From: Acaryochloris thomasi RCC1774
Lineage (GTDB): Bacteria; Cyanobacteriota; Cyanobacteriia; Thermosynechococcales; Thermosynechococcaceae
NCBI RefSeq assembly: GCF_003231495.1
Contig: NZ_PQWO01000002.1
Coordinates: 510,001 to 542,000, forward strand
Direction: 5' to 3'
Length of the DNA: 32,000 bases
The notes beneath the pieces are model-generated. The model searched no databases. It was not told the DNA's origin and was given only the letters and a program-made list of their open reading frames with translations. The position numbers were made by a program, and so were the translations under genes. The stretch's first letter is position 1; every line of letters starts with the position of its first letter. This document shows positions 1-8,379 of the stretch, piece after piece.

Positions 1-804
1 CCGCAGGCGATTCCAAAAAACGCCGGCAATTTCGGTTCGTTCTTCGTCTACCACTGACTCCTGCTCAACGATGCTGGCAAGGGTGACCCAATCTAACAAG
101 CTGGGCCGATCCTCCGGCTGCTGTTCATAAACGGGCAGGGCAATCTGCTCGAAGCGCTGCAGCATGACGTTGATGGTAGCTTTCGGTGTGCGCTGATCTG
201 TAGGGATTTGATAGGTGTCTGGGTAAAGGAACCCCTCTAAGAACGGAAGATCTTCTGGGAGCCAAGGATAACGTTCTCGATCAACCTGTTTTGCTGCCTC
301 TAAAAACTCAGGGGCCGTAAACCATTCCTGGGTTTCAAAGTATTGAGCCATCTGCTTCATCGACCATCCTTCAGGGATCGTGAAGCTATCTTCTAGCACC
401 TTGCCGGTCCAGATGGTTTGGGCAATCGTGTCTAGAGGATCCTGAGTCGAGAGCTGGTAGGTGCCCGCCTGAAAACCCGCCTGAGAATCCTGAAGCAGTG
501 ACCATCGGGTCCATAGTTTCCAGGCGTTTTGCGATCGAATCAAGCCTGCCTTCTGCAGAAGCAGCCCGATTTGCTGTGCAGAGGTGCCCTGTGGAATTTG
601 AACCTGAATCTTCTGGCTCTGGCGATTTTCAGAGGCGGTCTGCGCCGTCGGTGCAATGGCGGACTGCCACCACAGCCAAGTGGTTCCAGCGCCTGCCACC
701 GCGGCTAGGCCAAGTCCTAAAAGGCCAATGCTGAGGCGGAATACGTAAGACGAAGGCTTGCGCTTTGAGTCGGACGGTTCCCTCTTTTTGCGGACATTAG
801 GCAT
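1..804 (-). CDS. mltG: Endolytic murein transglycosylase MltG (YceG-like); the 3' end runs off the left edge of the window
   Basis: Absent from the ORF track because there is no in-window stop. My translation of the minus strand from ATG 804..802 gives MPNVRKKREPSDSKRKPSSYVFRLSIGLLGLGLAAVAGAGTTWLWWQS (basic N-terminus plus one TM helix). It continues with IQVQIPQGTSAQQIGLLLQKAGLIRS, VLEDSFTIPEGWS and LEGFLYPDTYQIP, the characteristic YceG/MltG motif series. The frame stays open to position 1. Confidence 0.85.
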   Translation of the reverse strand, partial: MPNVRKKREPSDSKRKPSSYVFRLSIGLLGLGLAAVAGAGTTWLWWQSAIAPTAQTASENRQSQKIQVQIPQGTSAQQIGLLLQKAGLIRSQNAWKLWTRWSLLQDSQAGFQAGTYQLSTQDPLDTIAQTIWTGKVLEDSFTIPEGWSMKQMAQYFETQEWFTAPEFLEAAKQVDRERYPWLPEDLPFLEGFLYPDTYQIPTDQRTPKATINVMLQRFEQIALPVYEQQPEDRPSLLDWVTLASIVEQESVVDEERTEIAGVFWNRLR

Positions 805-806
805 CG

Positions 807-1361
807 TTAGTCAATGTCGTCGATCATCTGTTCTTCAAAAAGGGGCTGTAGCTGGGGTTGAATTGCCTTAAATTCTTCAGGAGAAAGAAGTTCTGGCTGA
901 TTATCTTTCTGCAGGCGCACCACAAAGAGAACGGGTTCAATCGGGGTATAAATCGCGTACTCCTGTTCGTCGTGATAGAACGTTGCCAAGAGCTGATACT
1001 CATCTGGTTCATCCGTTTCGCTTGCGCCCTCAAGCTCAAGGACGAGAAGCTGCTCTTCATCAACCTCTGGCAGATCCCCCGCCGCCGTTAGCGATAGAGC
1101 CGATCGCTGCAGCTTGAGGTTCTGCTCTGCTAGAACGGCTTCAGCCGTTGCAAACACGTCCCCTAGCTCGGAGTCTTCTAAGGGCACCAGCATTTCTTCG
1201 TCCTGGTCTGTTTCCATCCAGGCAAAAATATCCACGGGATAATCAGCGGGACTCAAGAGTGCATAGGATGCGTCCCCAAGCTTCACTGACATTTCCATTT
1301 GGCAGACCAGTGAACGCCCTGCTTCATCCGTCAGGGTAATGGTGTCACTTTCCATTTCCAT
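807..1361 (-). CDS. Acidic DUF1292/DUF3727-like protein
   Basis: 184-aa, very D/E-rich ORF. It sits between ruvX and mltG, the position the DUF1292 gene (yrzB) occupies in Firmicutes. Its start overlaps the ruvX stop by 17 nt, and it ends 2 nt before the mltG start. Family assignment is from memory of cyanobacterial/plastid DUF1292+DUF3727 proteins and was not searched. Confidence 0.65.
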   Translation of the reverse strand: MEMESDTITLTDEAGRSLVCQMEMSVKLGDASYALLSPADYPVDIFAWMETDQDEEMLVPLEDSELGDVFATAEAVLAEQNLKLQRSALSLTAAGDLPEVDEEQLLVLELEGASETDEPDEYQLLATFYHDEQEYAIYTPIEPVLFVVRLQKDNQPELLSPEEFKAIQPQLQPLFEEQMIDDID

Positions 1362-1842
1362 GCTCCTTGGCCTTCAATGTGCCGATGCTAGCCTGTTCAG
1401 GAGCAATCTTCTCATGAGATGGGGGCTGCTGTCGTTTTTGATCGAGCCACTGCTGCAAAATTAAGGCTGCAGCTTTACGGTCCACCATCCCTTTATTCTC
1501 TGAAGGACTAATGTGCTCGGCCTGCATCATGAGCTCAGCTTCATAGGAGGTAAGGCGTTCATCCATGTACTCCAGTGGCAGCTGCAGCGCGGCGGCAAAC
1601 CGGCGGGCCAATTTCTGCGTTCGGCGGGCCTGTTTCCCAACTTGACCGTCCATGTTGTAGGGCAGTCCAGCGACTAGAATCTCCACCTGACGTTCCTGCA
1701 CCCAGTGCTGGAGTTGGGCTGTGTCCTGAACAAAGGTGGTGCGGTGAATGGTGGTGAGGCCGGTGGCAATGAGGCCGGTGCGATCGCAACCTGCCACTCC
1801 GATCCGCCGATGCCCAAGATCTAGTCCCAGTGCCGAAATCAC
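1345..1842 (-). CDS. ruvX: YqgF/RuvX RNase H-fold nuclease (putative pre-16S rRNA nuclease / Holliday junction resolvase-like)
   Basis: Carries the YqgF family motifs LGLDLGHRRIGVAGCD at the N-terminus and YMDERLTSYEAE centrally. There is a 4-nt ATGA overlap with the upstream PhzF-like gene. Confidence 0.9.
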   Translation of the reverse strand: MISALGLDLGHRRIGVAGCDRTGLIATGLTTIHRTTFVQDTAQLQHWVQERQVEILVAGLPYNMDGQVGKQARRTQKLARRFAAALQLPLEYMDERLTSYEAELMMQAEHISPSENKGMVDRKAAALILQQWLDQKRQQPPSHEKIAPEQASIGTLKAKEHGNGK

Positions 1843-2717
1843 ACTCGCATCTCTCCCTGCATTACAGTAACGGCCTGTCCCCCTAACTTGAGACTCTCTT
1901 TATCGAACTGAATTTTGATGCGTCCTGGGCGCTGTAGGCAGTCTCCCTGTTCCATGATCATAGATGCGTCCTGCGTGCCTGTCTGAGAGAGAAGCAGCGC
2001 CAGTGGACCGTTGGCTGACCCTGTAACCGGGTCTTCATCAATACCGGACTGTGGCGCAAAGAAACGAGAGTGAGCGGCATGGAGTGGGTCCACTGTTTCT
2101 GTCGTGTAAACGCAGATGCCACGCCAGTGGTTTTGCTGACCAAGGTGGGCGAGCTGTCGGAGGTCTGGGGTGAGTTGGTGTAGCTCCTGGAGAGTCTCGA
2201 CAGCGATTAGCACGTCCTGATTGAGGGAATCAACGAGAGACTGGGGCCGTCCCGAAATACCGAGGATCTGCGTTAGTTGAGCGGTAACCTCTGGGGTAAC
2301 AGCTTGGAAGTCACACAGCGGCAGCGTGAGCCAAACCCAAGGGACTGCTGTGAAGTAGTCGATCGTCACTGCCAACAGACCCGTGTGGGTCTCTAAGTAA
2401 AGAATTTGGTTGGTTTGGGGCCGTAGGTTAAATCGACCCAGTTCAGCCAATGTGTGCAGCGTGGCAATAGTGGCATGGCCGCACAGTTCGACCTCCTGGG
2501 TGGGCGTGAACCAACGCAGTTGGAAGTCGGCCTCAGGCTGTCGAGCAGGCGTCACAAACGCCGTCTCTGAGCAATTCACCTCTCGGGCTATCTGCTGCAT
2601 CTGCGTGTCATCTAGAGCGTCGGCCTCAGGAACGACGACGGCAGGGTTGCCCATGAAGGGCGTACGCGTAAACGCATCAACCCAGTAAAGCGATAGCGGT
2701 GGAGAACCAGAGGTCAT
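1839..2717 (-). CDS. PhzF-family (YddE-like) isomerase-fold protein
   Basis: 292 aa with the PhzF-family motif order: YWVDAFT..PFMGNPAVVV, CSETAFV, LRWFTPTQEVELCGHATIA and C-terminal EDPVTGSANGPL. Confidence 0.85.
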   Translation of the reverse strand: MTSGSPPLSLYWVDAFTRTPFMGNPAVVVPEADALDDTQMQQIAREVNCSETAFVTPARQPEADFQLRWFTPTQEVELCGHATIATLHTLAELGRFNLRPQTNQILYLETHTGLLAVTIDYFTAVPWVWLTLPLCDFQAVTPEVTAQLTQILGISGRPQSLVDSLNQDVLIAVETLQELHQLTPDLRQLAHLGQQNHWRGICVYTTETVDPLHAAHSRFFAPQSGIDEDPVTGSANGPLALLLSQTGTQDASMIMEQGDCLQRPGRIKIQFDKESLKLGGQAVTVMQGEMRV

Positions 2718-3949
2718 CAGCAGCTAGGCGGATCCGGTAAGTCACGATCAGGCCGTCGAGAACGCTCGGGTGTCTGACGATTCTTCGAGGCTGGCTCATC
2801 TGTGGAAGGATGAATCCTCGGGCTCCAGCCTTCAGGCCCTGGCTTTAGCCACGACATCCGCCCTGGGACTGGGGTTTGCTTGGGCTGCAGTCCTTGCCAA
2901 ACATCTGTGAGCTGCAGTCCTTCAAGGGACAGCGTCCGCGACTCCCGCAGCTTGTGCCAAACGGAGCGAGACATCAGCAGCGTTTGCTCCACCCGCATGG
3001 CCTCAATTTGCTCAAGGTACTCTTCTCTCTCGGGTTGGTAGTCGGTGGAAGAGAGGGAGAGCGGAGCTGGGGGCATCTTTTGAGTGAGATGGGCCATGTG
3101 GGCCAGCAGCTCAGGATAGAGCCAGGTATAGGCCGGATGAACCGTGAGCCGAGCCTGGTGAGGCTGAGTCCCATCGCGGCAGAGGCAGACTTCAAAGTAG
3201 CCGATTGCTGCCTTTCGCTGGGGTTCGAATACGTAACCTCGCACTGGCTCAATCTGATTGAGTCGGCACCTGATCTTTGTGATCAACCCTCCTAGAAGAT
3301 TGGTTTTGAAGTCCTGAACGTGGCGATCAAAGACCTGTCGAACCAGAGGTGGCATAGAGGCGGTGTCGAGTTGACACAGGAGGGCTGCATCCGCATTGCT
3401 GACCGGTAGCAGGTTCGGAAAAACAGGGTCGCGGGCGGCCAACTGCTGAAGTTTGTCGGAGGATAGAGACCAGTAAGTAATTTGTGCGAGGGGTTGAAAC
3501 CCGTTGTGACGATAAAGCCCGAGGCTGGCGTTGTGGTTGACCCCCACCTCGACGAGCCAGGTGCGAGCTTCCCAGATGGCCTGCAGACAGTGCTTGAGGA
3601 GCTGTGTGCCACCTTCCTGTGCGCCCACACCCGGATCGACACTGATGTGATTGACGCGCCAGGTGGTGCGGGTCTGATTGAAGGGAGAAACTTGAATAAC
3701 GCCAGAAACGTGATGGGACTGCTCTAATACATAGGTCTGTAATAGGTGAGAGAGCTGATTCGGTAGCCCCCGCAGCAGCTTCAGCAGAGTACCCCACTGC
3801 TGAATAGAGCCAATATTTGGCTCCGTTTCTGAAAAAAGTCCAATGTTGGATTGTTCCCGTTCGGTGGCCAGCAGTGCCTCTACCGTCGCTAGATCACGGT
3901 ATTGAACGGGACGAACGGTGGCATCTGTGCGAGGTGACAAAGAGATCAT
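2717..3949 (-). CDS. GNAT-family N-acetyltransferase with an unassigned ~200-aa C-terminal extension
   Basis: The core HISVDPGVGAQEGGTQLLKHCLQ...NHNASLGLYRHNGFQP resembles GNAT motifs A and B. It is the first gene of the overlapping operon, with a 1-nt TGATG junction to the PhzF-like gene. Confidence 0.7.
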   Translation of the reverse strand: MISLSPRTDATVRPVQYRDLATVEALLATEREQSNIGLFSETEPNIGSIQQWGTLLKLLRGLPNQLSHLLQTYVLEQSHHVSGVIQVSPFNQTRTTWRVNHISVDPGVGAQEGGTQLLKHCLQAIWEARTWLVEVGVNHNASLGLYRHNGFQPLAQITYWSLSSDKLQQLAARDPVFPNLLPVSNADAALLCQLDTASMPPLVRQVFDRHVQDFKTNLLGGLITKIRCRLNQIEPVRGYVFEPQRKAAIGYFEVCLCRDGTQPHQARLTVHPAYTWLYPELLAHMAHLTQKMPPAPLSLSSTDYQPEREEYLEQIEAMRVEQTLLMSRSVWHKLRESRTLSLEGLQLTDVWQGLQPKQTPVPGRMSWLKPGPEGWSPRIHPSTDEPASKNRQTPERSRRPDRDLPDPPSC

Positions 3950-4279
3950 ACAGATTGCAATCCATGCTGGTTACGGAGGTGGTCTCGATTATCAAACTCA
4001 GTCTCGCCCAGTGAAGCTGAAATTGACAGCTTGAGATTGCCTAAGCATTAAAGGGCTGACTGTAGAAATATATGCCTAGTCTCTATCGTATCTGAATCTT
4101 CTATGAAAAAGCAAAAAGTCGGTTGCCTGAAGTGGACGTGCACAGCGCTAACAGCGACAGGCCTTTCTCGATAAAAGAGTCGTTCTGTATATGGAAATTG
4201 TGGCTGAAGATAGTACGGAGAGACACTACTGTCTCAAAAGAGAAAGACTCGACCACTGAAGTGGACAAAGCGCCAGATT

Positions 4280-5659
4280 CTAGACGGTCTCTTCTAGCCA
4301 TACCTTCGGTACCTGACTGGGTTGACTTGGGAGCTGCATCAATCCCATTTCGGTCAGTCGCACGACGTTCCCTAGCGTCTCGACTAAGTTTGGTTCATAG
4401 CGAGTTCCACTATGGGCTTGGCATTTTTCTAATGCATCACTGAGATCCAAGGCATCCCTCGAACCTCTTGCTTGCGTCAACTCTTGAAAACGAACTGCAA
4501 GACCCAGAATTCGAGCCTCAATGGGGATCTCTTCTCCCTGCAGGCCATCGGGACGACCGCTGCCGTCCCAATATTCCTGTTGATGTCGCACAATTTTGGC
4601 AGATGGCTCTAGTTCTCGCATTGCGCCCAGCAGTTGAGCACCTAAGACAGCCCGACCTCGCCAGAGTGTCCGGGTAGAGTCTTCTAGGTCGCTGGCTAGC
4701 TCAGTAAATACTGCGGCGGGGGCTTCTGATAGTCCGACACGAAATAACAAACCCGCTAACCGTAAACGTCTGAGTTTAATCGTGGGTAAGTCCAGCATCT
4801 GGCCTAAGGTCTCCGCAATTGCGGAGACCTGAAGTGAGGCGACCGGATTAGCGGGGTCACGTTCATCAACCCGCTGGGCCATTCGTAAGAATGCTTGTAA
4901 TTTGTTTGCAGAGAGGTTGCGATTTAAGCGCAGCGCCTGCCCTTCTAACTCCCAAAACTCTCGAGTTTGACGGCTAACGGTGACGATTTGCTCTTGACTA
5001 CTTTGCAGATAGGAAACGATGCGTGAGACGACGCCGCTCAAGTCCACAGGCGCAACGTTGCTAGAGGCGCTGATCTGCTGACATCGCTCTAGTAGCCGAT
5101 CGGCCAGCGGTGCATCGTAGGGACGCATTCGTTCGATTTGAATTTTTGCCGCCTGCTCAACCTGTGCTCTGTCAAAGGTCCACAGCCCATAAAACTTTCG
5201 TTCAACATCAGCTTCAGGTTTGTTTTGAGCTTGATAATCGACCTCTGATAGCTCGTGACAGAGCACCATTGAGGTATACCCCGGCGCGACAATCACTAAG
5301 TTCCACTCGTTTACGAAGCTATCGTCTGGGTCAAGGTGAACGAGGGAGACATTCTCAAGCTGTCCAGTGGGGTGTTTGGCAAAGCCGCTGTCGGGCATGG
5401 CCGCGATCGCAACTTCACTGGAGCAGCGGGCAATGTCCAAATAGCGATCGGCTTCTTGCAGATACCATTTCCCCTGCTGAAAGGTTACTAGAACTAAAGG
5501 CTGCTGAGCTGGGTCATCACTACAGTGATCCAGAATATGGTCTTCTAGTGCATGGCAGAGTGCTACCAACGTGTTTTTGAAGTACACACCGTAGCTCGAC
5601 GGCAGTTGACCGGACGGGAGTGACGCCTTGAGCTGATTGAGAGTAGACTCTGGCTGCAT
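4280..5659 (-). CDS. DICT-domain protein with a C-terminal degenerate HD-GYP domain
   Basis: The N-terminus (YFKNTLVALCHALEDHIL...PLVLVTFQQGKWYLQEADRYLDIA...NEWNLVIVAPGYTSMVLCHE) parallels the DICT regions of both histidine kinases in this window. The C-terminus has HQQEYWDGSGRPDGLQGEEIPIEARI, corresponding to the HHExWDGxGYPxGLxGxxIP signature. LLFRVGL stands where LHDIGK would be. Confidence 0.75.
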   Translation of the reverse strand: MQPESTLNQLKASLPSGQLPSSYGVYFKNTLVALCHALEDHILDHCSDDPAQQPLVLVTFQQGKWYLQEADRYLDIARCSSEVAIAAMPDSGFAKHPTGQLENVSLVHLDPDDSFVNEWNLVIVAPGYTSMVLCHELSEVDYQAQNKPEADVERKFYGLWTFDRAQVEQAAKIQIERMRPYDAPLADRLLERCQQISASSNVAPVDLSGVVSRIVSYLQSSQEQIVTVSRQTREFWELEGQALRLNRNLSANKLQAFLRMAQRVDERDPANPVASLQVSAIAETLGQMLDLPTIKLRRLRLAGLLFRVGLSEAPAAVFTELASDLEDSTRTLWRGRAVLGAQLLGAMRELEPSAKIVRHQQEYWDGSGRPDGLQGEEIPIEARILGLAVRFQELTQARGSRDALDLSDALEKCQAHSGTRYEPNLVETLGNVVRLTEMGLMQLPSQPSQVPKVWLEETV

Positions 5660-5780
5660 AAGGTAATAATGGCAAGCTTACTTGTAATTTAACATATGTT
5701 TACATCTTTGGGCGCTCTTCTCATTTTTCTAGCCCAATCCATCAGGATTGGGTCTCAAGAACAAAGTCAATTTTTGTCAT

Positions 5781-5810
5781 AAAAAAGCGCCCCCGGATGA
5801 GAGCGCTTTT
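5781..5810 (-). terminator. Intrinsic terminator downstream of ftsH
   Basis: The minus strand reads AAAAGCGC-tctcatccgggg-GCGCTTTTTT. This is an 8-bp stem including A:T pairs followed by a T-run, 11 nt after the ftsH stop. Confidence 0.6.
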
Positions 5811-5820
5811 GGGGTTTGAA

Positions 5821-7716
5821 TTAGGAGGCTAGGGCTTCTGAATCGACGTGTGATTCTTCTTGCTTAGAGCCTGCTTGCTTTAGCCAATGGTCCAGTTGTT
5901 CTCCTTCGATGACCTCTTTCTCGAGAAGCTGAGTCGAAATCGACTTCAAGAGGCTTTCATTGTTCTTGAGGATGTCAAGTGCCTTTTGATGAGCTTCCTC
6001 AACAATCCCTTTCACCTCTTTGTCAATGGCGTTTGCGGTTTGCTCACTAACCATGCGACGAGAGCTCATGCCTCCCCCAAGGAAGTTGTTTTGCTGTCCC
6101 TTGTCGTAGGCTAGTGGACCGAGAACTTCACTCATTCCGTAGCTGGTCACCATCTGCTCAGCAAGGTCTGTGGCCCGCTGTAGATCGTTAGAGGCTCCAG
6201 TCGTGATATTGCCGAAGATGACTTCCTCCGCTGCTCGTCCGCCTAGTAGAGTCGCAATCTGGCCGCGTAGCTCATCTTCATTTAAGAGGAACCGATCTTC
6301 TGTGGGGACTTGGAGCGTGTAACCCAGTGCCGCCATACCGCGAGGAACAATGGAGATTTTTTCGACTTTATCTGAGCTTGACATGGTGGCTCCCACAAGA
6401 GCATGACCGACTTCGTGATAGGCCACGATTTCTTTCTCTTTAGGGTTGAGAACTCGGCTCTTTTTCTCTAGACCCGCAACCACGCGCTCAATGGCCTCAG
6501 AAAAGTCTTCGGCCTGCACTGTCTTGCTATTGCGGCGGGCGGCTAAGAGAGCGGCTTCGTTCACTAAGTTCGCAAGATCGGCACCGGCAAAACCTGGGGT
6601 ACGAGTTGCGATCGCATCTAAATCAACATCATCCCCCAGCTTCACCTTTTGAGCATAGATATCAAGGATGGCTAGTCTGCCACTGACATCAGGGCGATCC
6701 ACTAATACCTGTCGGTCAAAACGACCGGGTCTTAACAAAGCAGGGTCTAACGTTTCAGGCCGATTCGTGGCCGCCAGCACGATCACCGTACCGTCACCAG
6801 CATTAAAGCCATCCATCTCAGTCAATAGCTGATTGAGGGTTTGCTCTCGCTCATCATTACCGCCCATCATGCCATTGCCGCCGCTGCGGGACTTACCAAT
6901 GGCATCTAACTCATCAATAAAGATGATGCAGGGGGCTTTCTTCTTCGCCTGCTCAAACAAATCACGAACCCGTGCTGCACCTGAGCCAACAAATAGCTCC
7001 ACAAACTCAGAGCCAGAAATACTGAAGAAAGAAACGCCCGCTTCACCGGCTACTGCCTTCGCCAACAATGTTTTACCCGTTCCTGGAGGACCCACCAGCA
7101 ACACACCCTTGGGAATCTTGGCCCCAATATCATTGAACCGCTTGGGTGCCTGAAGAAATTCCACAACTTCTTCGAGCTCGACCTTTGATTCGTCTACACC
7201 TGCCACATCATCGAATGTGACCTTGTTGTCATCCCCTTCGACATAGACCTTCGCTTTATTCTTGGTTACAGAAAGCGCACCTTGGGGACCGCCTGCACCG
7301 CCTCGACGACTAAAGAACTGAAAGATCGCCACGAATAGAATGGGGGGAATAATCCAGCCCAATAGCGTTGTAAACCATCGGTTAGCAGGTGGCGGTGTTG
7401 CTGCGAACTCAACGCCTTTGGACTCTAAAAGTTTAGGCAGTTCTAAATCGAAAATAGGTGTAGTGGCAAAGGTCTGCTCCGCTTGCTCAGCTCCTTCTTT
7501 AAGCTGGTAGCGAATCTGATCTTGACCGACTGAAACACGGGCCACATCACCATCTTGAACCTGCTCAATGAAAAAACTGTAGGGAACACGCGACATCTGG
7601 GGTGCTGAGTTAAGCGTCAGAACAAGATTGGCGATAATGAGGACCGCCGGAAGGAAAAGTAGAATTCGCCCGAGCAGGGTGAACTGTGGTCGTTTGGGCT
7701 TGTTGTTAACTGACAT
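5821..7716 (-). CDS. ftsH: ATP-dependent zinc metalloprotease FtsH
   Basis: 631 aa with two N-terminal TM segments, Walker A GPPGTGKT, Walker B IIFIDELD, the second region of homology, and the zinc site HEVGHA. The N-terminal [10 protein letters not shown]...IRYQLK resembles what I recall of the Synechocystis FtsH4 type (unverified). Confidence 0.97.
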   Translation of the reverse strand: MSVNNKPKRPQFTLLGRILLFLPAVLIIANLVLTLNSAPQMSRVPYSFFIEQVQDGDVARVSVGQDQIRYQLKEGAEQAEQTFATTPIFDLELPKLLESKGVEFAATPPPANRWFTTLLGWIIPPILFVAIFQFFSRRGGAGGPQGALSVTKNKAKVYVEGDDNKVTFDDVAGVDESKVELEEVVEFLQAPKRFNDIGAKIPKGVLLVGPPGTGKTLLAKAVAGEAGVSFFSISGSEFVELFVGSGAARVRDLFEQAKKKAPCIIFIDELDAIGKSRSGGNGMMGGNDEREQTLNQLLTEMDGFNAGDGTVIVLAATNRPETLDPALLRPGRFDRQVLVDRPDVSGRLAILDIYAQKVKLGDDVDLDAIATRTPGFAGADLANLVNEAALLAARRNSKTVQAEDFSEAIERVVAGLEKKSRVLNPKEKEIVAYHEVGHALVGATMSSSDKVEKISIVPRGMAALGYTLQVPTEDRFLLNEDELRGQIATLLGGRAAEEVIFGNITTGASNDLQRATDLAEQMVTSYGMSEVLGPLAYDKGQQNNFLGGGMSSRRMVSEQTANAIDKEVKGIVEEAHQKALDILKNNESLLKSISTQLLEKEVIEGEQLDHWLKQAGSKQEESHVDSEALAS

Positions 7717-7748
7717 ATCTAAGGTTGTGAGTAACGGTAAAGTACGGT

Positions 7749-7931
7749 CTATCTACTTAACTTATTGGACCGATTTAATAGAGCCAAATGTTGGCAAATG
7801 CACGGTTTCAAGCCATCAAGCATGTACGGCTTGGTGAGGTAATCGTCAAACCCTGCCGTTTCAATCTTGCTGCGATCTGCGGCTGGCGTTGGCGCTGTGA
7901 CTGTGTATCTCTTTCCCTGAGAGACAGACAT
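7749..7931 (-). pseudogene. Remnant of a response-regulator receiver domain (C-terminal third only)
   Basis: The 60-aa ORF contains TAPTPAADRSKIETAGFDDYLTKPYMLDGL. This matches the beta4-alpha4-beta5 region of REC domains (LTA..A...DR....L.AG.DDYLTKP). The upstream frame hits a stop at 7956..7958, so no phospho-acceptor Asp region is encoded. Confidence 0.45.
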
Positions 7932-7944
7932 CGAATCAAATAAC

Positions 7945-8136
7945 TTAAGCAGACTCTAGCCAATCAAAAGTGCGGTCTAGCTGATCCAAGGTAATCAGTC
8001 CGTAGTGCCAAAGCACCATCGGTAAGGGAGCGTGAGTGGAGTGATACTGGCGCAGCGCTGTGTTAATGGCAGAAGCCGGAACGCTGAGTTCAGTCTGCAG
8101 AAATTGGATCAGCTGAGCTTGGTAACGATGCTTCAT
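7945..8136 (-). CDS. Small conserved cyanobacterial protein (DUF2949-like)
   Basis: 63 aa. The pattern LIQFLQTELSVPASAINTALRQ...PLPMVLWHYGLITLDQLDRTFDWLE resembles the DUF2949 family as I remember it. It starts 3 nt after the pgr5 stop. Confidence 0.55.
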   Translation of the reverse strand: MKHRYQAQLIQFLQTELSVPASAINTALRQYHSTHAPLPMVLWHYGLITLDQLDRTFDWLESA

Positions 8137-8139
8137 CTG

Positions 8140-8337
8140 TTATGCCAGGAGACCTAATCGCTTGCCGTTGTCACGCGCCAGACGAATCATATTCTGTCTA
8201 GGAGTGCGTTCAATCCCAAGCTGATTGCAAACGTTCGTGATCACGCGAGAGTGCATGGCGATGGCTTTGCCTCTCATCTTCATGAACTGAGGTTTGCCGA
8301 TCAATTGCTTCAGACTTAGAACGATAGGGGCAAACAT
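8140..8337 (-). CDS. pgr5: PGR5 (proton gradient regulation 5) homologue, cyclic electron flow around PSI
   Basis: MFAPIVLSLKQLIGKPQFMKMRGKAIAMHSRVITNVCNQLGIERTPRQNMIRLARDNGKRLGLLA aligns along its full length with plant PGR5 and Synechocystis Ssr2016 (FAP.V......GK..F...RGKAIA.HS.VIT.FC...G.....RQ..IRLA..NG..LG.LA). I chose the internal Met (ATG 8337..8335) because AAGGAGAT lies 4 nt upstream. The ORF-track start at 8400 would add 21 non-homologous residues. Confidence 0.85.
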   Translation of the reverse strand: MFAPIVLSLKQLIGKPQFMKMRGKAIAMHSRVITNVCNQLGIERTPRQNMIRLARDNGKRLGLLA

Positions 8338-8361
8338 ATTGATCTCCTTGCTTTGTGTGCT

Positions 8362-8379
8362 TATGTAACCAAATGTAAC
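8362..8379 (-). promoter_or_regulatory. HLR1-type direct repeat (candidate RpaB site) on the pgr5 core promoter
   Basis: The minus strand reads GTTACATT-TG-GTTACATA. This is a perfect match to the HLR1 consensus (G/T)TTACA(T/A)(T/A)-NN-(G/T)TTACA(T/A)(T/A), and it lies 25 nt upstream of the pgr5 ATG. Confidence 0.5.

Noticed and set aside
498-734. 78-aa plus-strand ORF from the track
   Set aside because: It lies entirely antisense to the well-supported mltG reading frame. It has no recognisable motifs and an odd composition, so it is most likely a shadow ORF.
3327-3797. 156-aa and 116-aa minus-strand ORFs, and plus-strand ORFs, overlapping the GNAT gene
   Set aside because: These are alternative frames of a gene with clear GNAT motifs. 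They are Arg/Ser/Pro-rich, as is typical of out-of-frame translation.
4101-4443. 66-aa (minus) and 106-aa (plus) ORFs in and around the 3950..4280 spacer
   Set aside because: They have no ribosome-binding site and no motifs. The plus-strand ORF runs antisense into the DICT gene, so the region is better treated as non-coding.
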